Part shown: one piece after another, positions 36,913 to 47,961 of the stretch
How the letters are laid out: every line of letters begins with the position of its first letter
Numbering within the stretch: position 1 is the stretch's first letter
From: Podarcis bocagei
Taxonomy: Eukaryota
Length of the DNA stretch: 64,000 nt
NCBI GenBank assembly: GCA_964188305.1
Contig: OZ076889.1
Reading direction: 5' to 3' (one strand)
Made by a program: the position numbers and the translations under genes
Notes under the pieces: generated by a model
What the model was told of the DNA's origin: nothing
Seen by the model: the letters and a program-made list of their open reading frames with translations, nothing else
Databases searched by the model: none

Positions 36913-37447
36913 CAGTGTTTCCCAAACGTTTTTGGGCAACGGCACACCTGTTTACCCGAAAAAAATCTCGCGGCACACCACCATTAAAGCCCCGCCCCGT
37001 GACGTCAGCGCGTAGCGTCACGCCGGGAGGGACGCACAAGAGTGGAAGTTTTTTCCCTCCCCCTTGCCGGGGTGGGAGGAGGCAGCAGAGCGAGGGACTG
37101 AGGGACGGCGGCAGCTGAGGCGGCGGCGGCGGCTGCTGTGGTGGTGGCGGCGATAGCGGGCGGAGGAGGGGGCGGCGGCGGGGCTTGAGGAGCCGTCGCC
37201 GGGAGTTGCTGCTGCTGCTGCTGCCCGGACATGCCGGCCTCCTCCTCCTCCGCTGTCTCGCGCTCCTCCCTTTTGCGCGCGCTGCCCCGCCGCTCGGCAC
37301 CACCACCGCGGAGCCGCCCCCAGCTCGACGCGGATCCTCGCCGCCGCCGCCTCTCGCCGCCCGACTCGCCCGCCTCCCTCCCACGGCACACCAGCCGATG
37401 TCTCACGGCACAGAAGTGTGCCGCGGAACACCGGTTGGGAAACACTG
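36913..37447 (-). mobile_element. Non-autonomous hAT transposon with GC-rich cargo, copy 1 (inverted relative to copy 2)
   Basis: TIRs CAGTGTTTCCCAA / TTGGGAAACACTG. Reverse complement of 41067-41597 except for a 3-bp GCC indel, a 1-bp indel and one substitution. No TSD. Confidence 0.9.
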
Positions 37448-38632
37448 AAACACATGCTTGAAAGCAGCCTTTGGCAACCTGGTGCCCTCCAGATGTTTTG
37501 GACTACAACACCCATCCATCCCAGGCAGGCAGGCAGCCACCAGATTGGTGATTACACAACTGCTTTGTTACCACATGCTAAGTTTGGAATGGGCCCATTC
37601 ACTCCTCCCTTGGGCACCAGTTTTCCTACCAGAAGTTACATCTGATGGTTGCCCTGACTCTTACCTGTGACATGCTGCACCTGAGAGCCCATTTTCAGGA
37701 TCACGTACCAGTGCTTGTACTGTCTAGCCATAGCCACCAATGCCACCAGTGGCATAGTGGTAAATTCTGAAGTGCAGGCACTCTCTGTGTCAACTCTCAA
37801 TAGTCATGTGCCTTCTAAGACTATACAACAGTAATGAATTTCTGCATTATGGCTTAAGTACCAATATGTTAGTTTTTGTCCTCTCTCACATGCCCCCTCC
37901 CACTTTGCTTAACATCCAGCCTGAGGAACAGCTGTGGTGGACTCAAAAGCTTGCTTGCTGTTTTATAATAAAGGGAGCCAAGCTAGATGGCTGAGGAGCC
38001 ACAATATTATGAATCAACTATAATGGGTCTGGGTCCATTTAAATCTTCCAGGGTAGCCACCACCAATTAAGTTTATCATGAGCTATCCATTACCAGTGAA
38101 TGGTAATGTGTTGGGTGTGTGGGTGTAATGAAGCTCTTCTCAGGACTGCTTAATTTTCAGTCACATTGTGCATTTATACCTCTCTTCTTTTTTTCAGCTG
38201 TTTGCTAGATAGTCTAATCAAGTTCCCAGTGGCACCCAAGAGGGCTCTCCCGTCCTGCTACAGAAGGATTTATGAATTCATTGCTGTTTTGTAACATTCA
38301 CACACAGATGAATATTTTATGCCCTGGGAGTTCCGCATTTTGCATAATGCAGGAAGCAGGAGAACCTGGAAGATTAACATGAAGCCCCCCTGGGGAAAGG
38401 CGCTCAGCAGGGGCCTCAGCCCTGGCAGGATGCATCGTAAGTTCCATCAGATGCATTATCGGGTTGCAATGGCTGGCTGAGCTTGACAAGAAAGTTGGAA
38501 GTCACAAAATAAAACGAGGGAGAGTAACTGTCTTTTATGGAGGAGGGAGGGCGACACACACACACCTCTTAACTTGCAATGTGGTTGTACCAAAATATAT
38601 AGTATATCAAAAGACAAATGTGATCATCTCCA

Positions 38633-38941
38633 CCCCTGCAGCGGGGTGAGCTCCCATTGCTCGGTCCCTGCTCCTGCCAACCTAGCAATTCGAAAGCACG
38701 TCAAAGTGCAAGCAGTTCGAAAGCACATCAAAGTGCAAGTAAATAAATAGGTACTGCTCTGGCGGGAAGGTAAACGGTGTTTCCGTGTGCTGCTCAGGTC
38801 CGCCAGAAGTGGCTTAGTCATGCTGGCCACATGACCCAGAAGCTGTACGCCGGCTCCCTTGGCCAATAAAGCGAGATGAGCGCCGCAACCCCAGAGTCGG
38901 TCACAACTGGACCTAATGGTCAGTGGTCCCTTTACCTTTAC
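38633..38941 (+). mobile_element. Sauria SINE (Squam1), 5'-truncated, with internal ~27-bp duplication
   Basis: Diagnostic body (ggggtgagctccc...gccaacctagca.ttcgaaagcac...aaataggtac) and (ACCTTT)n tail. Confidence 0.9.
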
Positions 38942-40360
38942 TTGAACGGCTGTCAGAGGACAGTCCCCTGTTTGAAGGGCTGTGCAGAGCCATTAGGAGG
39001 CACAGCAGAGTTGGCCACCCATAGGTAGCACCCTGGACAGCAGCTGAGCTACTACACAGGTCACAGCCTTCCTCACTATGGCAAGGTTATTTCATTTCTA
39101 TTTACTTCAAAACTCCACATATATTAATTAAAATTTTTAGATTTTATGCAGATCACTGTCTTATTTTATCCCCCTTATTTTAGTGATGCTTAAGCGGCCA
39201 ACTTAACCCTCCCATATTCAACTCGGACCCTCACCCAGCTACATAATCTTCTCTAGAGCATGAGAGCAGTGACTAGGTGAAATCCATCTAAGATGTACTC
39301 AGAGCAGGCCCACTGATGTTCATGAACCTGACTAAATTAGGCCCATTAATTTTAATTAGCCAACCCTGATTAAAGTTTTGTTGAAGCGCCACTGTCTTTT
39401 GGAGGGTTCAAACTGCGTCTCTTCCACCTACACTGAATCTGGATATTTGTAAATAAATGCAAATATTCAAGAATGCCAATATGCCTCCAGTGACCATCCT
39501 CCTAATGGGAACCAAAGCTGGGTAAGATGAACCCCTGTAACTTCTTGCCACATGAAAAAGGGTGGTGAGCTTAACAATGTAAAGCACAGTATGAGCAGAC
39601 CTCAATAGAAAGGCAAGAAAGGAAAGGAAAGCCTAACAAATGCATCTTTTTATTTTGATTGCTAGCCAGTCCAACAAGGGCAGTCACAATTCACTATTTA
39701 CTCAGTTTTCAATAAGTATGACACAGGAGTTTTATGAGTGCTGGTTAACTAAATGCACCACTATGGACTTCCCACACTGTTGTTTGAGAGAGAGAGAATC
39801 TGACTGAATTATGTTGCTGTGTTTTTGAAAAATGGAGCCCTCACTTTGAATTTGCTGCTAATTGAACAGCTTGAGACATTTCAGCTTAATATGAAAGGTC
39901 TAGACAAACACAAACAAAGATGGAGAGGAGCAACTACAATAAATAATAACAAACCATAAAAAGTAAATTTATCGGTTCCAGAAAATGCAGTTCACAGTTC
40001 ATCTTTAATATGTTACATTAAAGTGTCTTAAGTCTTTGCACTGCTGGTGGCCATTTTTCAGGTATGTTGAGCATTCATGAAATAAGGAAAGGTTTGATTT
40101 CAATCATGCAGGCACAAATGGGTCACCTGACATCATTGTGACATCACATCATTGACTATAGCTGTCAACTATTCAGAATAAGGGAATTTCCCTTTAAAAA
40201 TGGGAAAAGTTGACAGCTATGTCACTGACAGGAGGGCAGCCCCAGTCAACAGGGCCCATGGGGGATGGGGGAGATAATGACCTGGCCTGTCGACCAGATC
40301 CAGCAGCCCCCCCCCCCTGATGGGTCTGACTCAGTATAAGGTGGCTTCTTAGAAGCCTTA

Positions 40361-40714
40361 GGTAAAGGTAAAGGGACCCCTGACCATTAGGTCCAGTCAT
40401 GACCGACTCTGGGGTTGCGGTGCTCATCTCGCTTTATTGGCCGAGGGAGCCGGTGTACAGCTTCCGGTTCATGTAGCCAGCATGACTAAGCCGCTTTTGG
40501 CGAACCAGAGCAGTGCACGGAAACGCCATTTATCTTCCCGCCAGAGTGGTACCTATTTATCTACTTGCACTTTGATGTGCTTTTGAACTGCTAGGTTGGC
40601 AGGAGCAGGGACTGAGCAATGGGAGCTCACCCCGTTGCAGGAATTCGAACAGCCAACCTTCTGAACGGCAAGTCCCAGGCTCTGTGGTTTAACCAACAGC
40701 GCCACCCGTGTCCC
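40361..40714 (-). mobile_element. Sauria SINE (Squam1), full length
   Basis: Same family in reverse, with TSD CTTAGAAGCCTTA (40348-40360, 40717-40729). Confidence 0.92.
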
Positions 40715-40946
40715 TCCTTAGAAGCCTTACTCGGGTGTTAGATCTGCTTGCATTCAAGGAACACATGGAGCAGGGCCATGTCCCCACCTCATCTACGTCC
40801 TTCTGCCATACATTTAACACAAAAGCCTGATCAATCAGGTGCTAAACAAGGGTTTTTAAAACTCTTCCAAAAAAATGTCCTGCTTCAAGCTGTGATGAGC
40901 CACTAAAGGAAAGGGTTTCCATAGCTGAAAAGCAGCTACCAATAAC

Positions 40947-40948
<2 letters not shown>

Positions 40949-40981
<33 letters not shown>
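40949..40981. repeat. (CT)n microsatellite
   Basis: Direct dinucleotide run. Confidence 0.9.
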
Positions 40982-40986
<5 letters not shown>

Positions 40987-41066
40987 TCTTAATTCTTGAT
41001 AAGTGCTTGCGCTTCAACAGCCATAGATATCAAGGGCGGTTCCTGGAAACTTGGGTGTCGCTAAGT

Positions 41067-41597
41067 CAGTGTTTCCCAACCGGTGTTCCGCGGCACACTT
41101 CTGTGCCGTGAGACATCGGCTGGTGTGCCGTGGGAGGGAGGCGGGCGAGTCGGGCGGCGAGAGGCGGCGGCGGCGAGGATCCGCGTCGAGCTGGGGGCGG
41201 CTCCGCGGTGGTGGTGCCGAGCGGCGGGGCAGCGCGCGCAAAAGGGAGGAGCGCGAGACAGCGGAGGAGGAGGAGGCCGGCATGTCCGGGCAGCAGCAGC
41301 AGCAGCAACTCCCGGCGACGGCTCCTCAAGCCCCGCCGCCGCCCCCTCCTCCGCCCGCTATCGCCGCCACCACCACAGCAGCCGCCGCCGCCTCAGCTGC
41401 CGCCGTCCCTCAGTCCCTCGCTCTGCTGCCTCCTCCCACCCGGCAAGGGGGAGGGAAAAAACTTCCACTCTTGTGCGTCCCTCCCGGCGTGACGCTACGC
41501 GCTGACGTCACGGGGCGGGGCTTTAATGGTGGTGTGCCGCGAGATTTTTTTCGGGTAAACAGGTGTGCCATTGCCCAAAAACGTTTGGGAAACACTG
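41067..41597 (+). mobile_element. Non-autonomous hAT transposon with GC-rich cargo, copy 2
   Basis: Same TIRs, with a perfect 8-bp TSD CGCTAAGT (41059-41066, 41598-41605), the hAT hallmark. Confidence 0.93.
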
Positions 41598-44500
41598 CGC
41601 TAAGTGAGCTAAGTGAACTGTCCAAGACCATTGGTCCCGCATTCCTCTACCCTACCGTATGCATGTATGTATTATTTCATAAAATTATACACCACTTGAT
41701 TGTAGAAGCAGTTTACACAAAATATAAAGTCGTTGCTTTAAAAAATGCCAATAATTTAAGGTCAGTGCATACAGAAAGTAATCAACTGCCTCCACAGTAA
41801 TTCAATCACAAATCTGCAAGAGCAGAATATGGTGTTTTGAGGTTCTTTCAGGATTTAATACAACATCTATCATGGTTCAAGACCTGTGCATGCATGTGCG
41901 CACAGACATGTAGATGTGTATACTTTGTTCTCAAGAAGCAGAAACAGAACAGGTTGCTACAGATTATACAAATTGCTTTGAGCACAAAAATGGTCGTTAT
42001 GCTCTATTTCACTGTGTGTTTCTTACATTTCCTATTCCCCCCACACACACACACCCACACACACACCAGTGCCTGAACAGTTGATGGGAACAAGCTCTAC
42101 ATGATTATTAGTGCCATCCCCATCATGCTCTCAGGTTGGTTTTATCAGGTATTGAGCAGCCCCAAACTTTTGAGGATTTTATATGACATCAGCAGCAGCC
42201 CATTTCACATGGCTGGAAGTCTAGAAAGCTAGTTCTGACCACAAAATACATATTTTAAGCATTTTTTATAATCTACCTTCATAGACTGTTCATTTCTGCT
42301 GCGTAAGAAGGGGAATGCACTCTGCTAAGTGAAGGAACTTGCTAGTGCAAGTTAGGAAGGGTATTAATAAACAATATATCCTCTTCTACCACCCTCAACA
42401 TTCCCACAGAGAAGATGCCTTAACTGAGCTCCATCATGCAATGAAGAATGGAGACAACAAATTACTTAACCTGGAACAGGTTGGTACATATGAAACAATG
42501 TGACTTCATTTCCCCAAAGCATATTGTTCTATACAAAGGGAACAGTCCCAAAGAGTCATGGAAATGCAGTGAAATGGGAACTTTAGCTTCCTAAGCTGGA
42601 AAATATGACAGGCAGGCACCACCTTCCAAACAAATTATAATAGGAGGGCTGCACTGGCATAAGGTAAATAAGGCGTGCTTGTGCCACAGGCTTCAACTGG
42701 TCTTATATTCATTCCTGACCCCAGGAAACTCTGGTCAAAATGAGTCCCTAGAAAAGCAATGGCTAAGGTGCATGGAGTTCGCACATGGATATTGACATCA
42801 AATGGTTATTTACACATTTGAACAAGCTGTCACAGATTTAATCACTACTGGGCATTCATACCACCCAGTGTTAACTCAAAAACAACTGATGATTGACAGA
42901 AAGGTTGTCTTGCAGACCTCTCAAAACTGGTGGGGGCTGAGACTTCCCAAACAGGACGGAACTCCCTACACATTAGGTGATGTGCAGAGAATTCAGTATT
43001 GCTTTGTGTAGGGTCCAGGCATGTCAGTTCCCAGCAGAAACTGGCAGGCACCCACAGGCTAAACAGGGTTGAACTTCACTTGTGGATAGGGGGCAATTCA
43101 GTCCTTCTTTCTGCCTGCCCCATACCTGACTTCCCGTATTATGCCAGGTGGAGGCAAGTGGCTGTGACTTCATGAAAATGGTCTGTCAGGCCAAATGAGG
43201 AAGCCTGGCAGGCCAAATCTGGTCCACAGCCTAGATCTTCCCTACCCCTGATCTAGACTTAATTAGCCATGAAATCAATGAGTCAAGTTACCCATGATTA
43301 ACTTAAATCTCATTGATTTCAATGGGACTAAACATGACTTGGTCTGGATTCAACCTTATGAATACAGGGAAGCAAAGAGAAACATCTGGTTTGCTTTGTT
43401 CTCCAAGAGTGAGCACAGCCTGAAATTTTCATGCTAAATTACTAAGGTTTTGTGCAAATTAAATAGTACTCTGTTTTCTTTATTAAGACAGGAAGTTTGT
43501 TATGGAACCCAGTGTTCCTTACTGCTGTTATCAAGCCTAATTAATAGAATTAGTATGATAATTTTTCCCTGCTCCCACAGCTGTAACAACCAAGTGGCTG
43601 AGAATTAAAATCAAGACTCTGTTGCACATGCTGAGCTGATCTTACCCTGTTGCTGTTCTCCTTTCAAGTGTGAAAATAGTCACAAGCATTTTGGGTGGGT
43701 TTGATATTCATTAGCGCTTGGGTTCTGAAACTCTGGGCTGGACCACCCTGAGAGGGCACAAGACCCATGGAAATGGGGAGGGGGCGTAAGAATGCCAGAC
43801 ACTCCCAGGCCATTGGAGCAATGCTAACTTAGTGTTTAGCGTAAGTTCCTGCCCAAGGCAGCCTTTCTCTTTCCTTCCTCCGTAGCTCAGCCTGGGAGGA
43901 GGGTAAGGGTAAAGAGTATGAATACAAGGGAGTGCAGGTGATGGTCAAAGAAGAGCTGCCCTTCTTGACACACTCTGGTATGCCTTCACCCCAGCTAAAT
44001 GATCTGCAAGAAAGGCCATCAATCACATGCCTTGCATGAGATGAAGGTGGTCTGGGGTTCAGTCCTTGGCATCTCCAGTTGGAGCTGGGGGGAATCCTGA
44101 AATCCTAGACATGTGCTGCCAGAAACCGTGGACAGTACTGAGCTAGATGGACCAATGATCTGACTCATTCTCCTCCTTACATGCAGCTGTACATGTATGC
44201 GCACACATGCTCTCGGCAAGGACTTGCACGTACTTAGCCGCTGCACTAATAGAAATGTTCATCTGGAGAAGGGCAGAAGCCGAGCAATGTAAATATGGGT
44301 GAGAGTCCAAGTGCTACATGTTTAAGAAATGCTACTTCAGCAGCCTCAGGATTCTCTCATGCTGTTTGAAACAGCCATTTTTCATTTGGTTTTTAGTCCC
44401 TGAAAACGTGGCTGTTTTGTTCTACAGTTCAGGAAGAAGCTAATCTTCCTCCTCTTGCAAATTGTTTCTCTGCCTCCTTTTTGAGAGGTGGGTTAAAGTG

Positions 44501-45154
44501 ATACCCGTAATCTACCTACCACACATGGGGATGGGGGAAAAGCGAGAGCACTCTGTCAAACTCTTGTGAAAAGGTAAAGCTTTCAATGCTAGCAGAGACA
44601 CTATTAATTATAGAAACAGTCAAGATATGACACAAAGCATTAGGCCATACACTTTCATCGTGAATATAAATGCATAACATCTACAACAGTGCTGCATCCA
44701 CAGTGCAACTGCAAATAAATATCTCTTGAAATATACAGAGTGAGGTCAATAATGTGTTGCCATAGTTCCTAGGTTAGCAATGGAGCAAAGTGACAATATA
44801 AATCCAAAGTAGAGAATCAAATGGAAAGATGAAAGGTGCAGAAATGATTTCCATTCCTCAGAAGACTTAGGTATTTCTCATGCGTTATGGTGGCAGTGTG
44901 GGAGCTGTTTGCATTTGGCTTCATTTCAGGATGCTGCTGTGAATTCAGACTGACATTGTGTGGGAAGATCCTCCACAAGGAACCCCACTCATACAATGTG
45001 GGGCCTTTGGTTTCCATAATATATGAAGGATACCCTCACCTTTTCCAGATGCTGAGACATAAACTTTGTCAATAGCTTACCTAAAATGTTTCAGTGCAAT
45101 GTGCTGAAAATCTTCGAAACAATTCTCAATTCTCAATGGGGTACTGGTCAGTAA

Positions 45155-45528
45155 TGATGCTGTGGTTTAAACCACTGAGCCTCTTGGGCTTGCCGATCAG
45201 AAGGTTGGCAGTTTGAATCCCCATGCTGGGGCGAGCGCCCATTGCTCTGTCCCAGCTTCTGCCAACCTAGCAGTTTGAAAGCATACCAATATGAGTAGAT
45301 AAATAGGTACTGCTGTGGCGGGAAGGTAATTGCCATTTCCATGAGCTCTTGTTTCTGTCACGGTATCCCCGTTGTGCCAAAAGCGGTTTAGTCATGCTGG
45401 CCACTTGACCTGGAAAGCTGTCTGTGGACAAACGCCGGCTCCCTCGGCCTGAAAGCAAGATGAGAGTTGCACCCCAAAGTCGCCTTTTACTGGACTTAAC
45501 AGTCCAGGGGTCCTTTACCTTTACCTTA
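45155..45528 (+). mobile_element. Sauria SINE (older variant)
   Basis: Diagnostic body and (ACCTTT)n tail; more diverged than the other copies. Confidence 0.88.
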
Positions 45529-45694
45529 CAGCTCCACATATCCTAGAATAATAGAATCTTAGAATTGTAGAGTTGGAAGGGACCACAAGGGTCATCTAGA
45601 ACAACCCCCAGCAATGCATGGGACATACAGTTACTGTGGCATAAACCTACCCCAGCCCATATAAGATGATGTAACATGTTGGTTGGTTGTTAGT

Positions 45695-46050
45695 TAAAGG
45701 TAAAGGTAAAGGGACCCCTGACCATTAGGTCCAGTCGTGGCGACTCTGGGGTTGCAGCGCTCATCTCACTTTATTGGCCGAGGGAGCTGGTGTACAGCTT
45801 CCAGGTCATGTGGCCAGCATGACTAAGCTGCTTCTGGCGAGCCAGAGCAGTGCACAGAAACGCCGTTTACCTTCCCGCCGGAGCGGTACCTATTTATCTA
45901 CTTGCACTTTGACGTGCTTTCGAACTGCTAGGTTGGCAGGAGCAGGGACCGAGCAACGGGAGCTCACCCCGTCGCGGGGATTCGAACCGCCGACCTTCTG
46001 ATCATCAAGTCCTAGGCTCTGTAGTTTAACCCACAACGCCACCTGCGTCC
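45695..46050 (-). mobile_element. Sauria SINE (Squam1), full length, young
   Basis: CpGs retained, (AAAGGT)n at the left end, imperfect TSD GTT.GTTAGT. Confidence 0.92.
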
Positions 46051-46558
46051 AGTTGTTTGTTAGTGTAGCTTTAATAGAAAGAAGTGCAGTCCCCCAACTC
46101 CTGTAATACATTCTGGTGGAATGTAATCCTATACATGGCTGCTCAGAATTAGGTTTCATTGAGTTAAATGGGTAGGTATATTAGATTGCAGATTAGATTC
46201 TGAAAGTAATTGATTTTGGCAGATTAGATTCTACCTCTGCCATGAGTGCACTGTCAGACACAGAATTTAAGAGACATATAGTTTTCTGGACATTCTGAAC
46301 CAACAGATGAAGTGAGGGAATTAAGTGTTAATCAAATCTGATTGTTTTTAAGGTTTTGCAAATAAATTTCTTCTTTTTCCCAACCCATAGAAATGAAACT
46401 ACCTAATGTCAGGAAAGGGCAGGACAAAAAACTGATAGTTTGGTTATGATATGTGCCTTTTTTGTTTACTTCCAGTTTAAACGTCTGACAGTGCAATCCT
46501 ACCTAGACGTCTACTCAGAAGTAAACCCCAATGAGTTCAATGAGGCTTACTCAAAGGT

Positions 46559-46662
46559 ACAATCAATAAACTTTATTATCGTAGCCGACAGGCCATAGCA
46601 TCAAAGGACAAACACCGACAAAAATACATTACAAATATAGTTACCATAAAATCTTATGGCCT
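46559..46662 (-). mobile_element. 104-bp 5'-truncated non-LTR retroposon end, family unassigned
   Basis: Perfect 13-bp TSD CTTACTCAAAGGT (46546-46558, 46663-46675); the minus strand ends AATAAAGTTTATTGATTGT. Confidence 0.65.
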
Positions 46663-47317
46663 CTTACTCAAAGGTGCATAGAACAAATGATTAAATTACC
46701 TCTTAAATTATATTGTTGACCAAAAAATTTTTAAAACAATTTTTGCGTCCAAATGCTTAAGCAGTGCTTACATGTCTGCTGCTTCTGTGTGAGGAGGGAG
46801 AATTAAGAGAAAAGTAGATCTCTCTGGCCCTCCCTGTGTGACCCCCCCAAAGCAGTCCTACCAGGTTCAGGGATCACCAATCTCCACTGCCCCCGCTATT
46901 GCTTGAGATCAAAGTAGCGCAGGGGCTACCTCCCAGTGATTCTATTTGACGCAGAGGTCAGTGTTGCTGTGGCAACACATCTAATGCAACTTTAATTCAG
47001 TTTGTAGAGTCAAATGCGACAATAAATAAAAGAAACAGCTCTGATTGCAGCCATTTTTCCCCTGCCTCTCTTTCAGAAACCCATTTCCACTGATTAAAGA
47101 TACATACACCAGTTTTGTAACATGCAATATACAAAACTTGGGGGTGGGGGTGGGGAGAGAAAAGGAAAATGCACATACAGACAGATCCTATTCAGGGTAT
47201 CCAGGCCATTATTTCCACATTCCTATTCAGGAAAGCAGTGGGAGGTTTTGGGGGGGAGGGCATGTTGCAAGCATTTTATACCAGGGTGTTGATCTAGTTG
47301 CTGGTTATCATCTAGGC

Positions 47318-47961
47318 CAGTGTTTCCCAACCGGTGTTCCGCGGCACACGAGTGTGCCGTGAGACATCGGCTGGTGTGCCGCGAGATGCCTGGAGGGAGG
47401 CGGGCGAGTCGGGCGGCGAGAGGCGGGGCGGCGGCGGCGGCGAGGAGAGGCCGCGCCTCCTGCTGCTGCCTGGCGCTCCTCCTCGCAGCCGGCAGCGCTG
47501 CCTGGGCGCCTCCGCGCGACTCTGCCTCGCTGGGTTTGGTCTCCCAGCAGAGACGGGTCACACGCGCACCTCCCTCCCTCCCTCAGCCTGCGCGGAGGGA
47601 GAGCCAGAGAGAGGCATCGCTCCTGCGCGGCGGGAGAGGGAGCAGCCGGAGCGATGCCCCAAACGAAGGCATGGGACCGGAGGGGAAATCCTCTCCGAGG
47701 AGGATTGAGCGCAGCTGAGAGAAGCCTTTCGAGGAGCTGCCGTGTCCCCTGGAAACCCCCTTCCCAGCTCTGCCTGCCTGCCTGCCCAAAGCTTGGAGGT
47801 TCCCCGGCAAGGGGGAGGGGAAAAACTTTCACTTTTGTGCGTCCCTCCCGGCGTGACGCTGCGCGCTGACGTCACGGGGCGGGGCTTTAATGGTGGTGTG
47901 CCGCGAGATTTTTTTTCAGTAAGCAGGTGTGCCGTTGCCCAAAAACGTTTGGGAAACACTG
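47318..47961 (+). mobile_element. Non-autonomous hAT transposon, copy 3: same termini, different cargo
   Basis: Same TIRs and subterminal arms as copies 1 and 2, with a perfect 8-bp TSD ATCTAGGC (47310-47317, 47962-47969). Internal 47447-47801 is unrelated to the cargo of copies 1 and 2. Confidence 0.93.

Noticed and set aside
36887-37515. Multiple Arg/Gly/Ala/Pro-rich ORFs over the hAT copies (also 41014-41631 and 47223-48002)
   Set aside because: Stop-poor GC-rich transposon cargo; these are not independent genes and contain no transposase motifs.
38400-38450. Minus-strand AACTTACGATGCATCCT resembling kinocilin (N)LR.HP
   Set aside because: It needs a frameshift, has no splice acceptor and no flanking similarity; likely chance.
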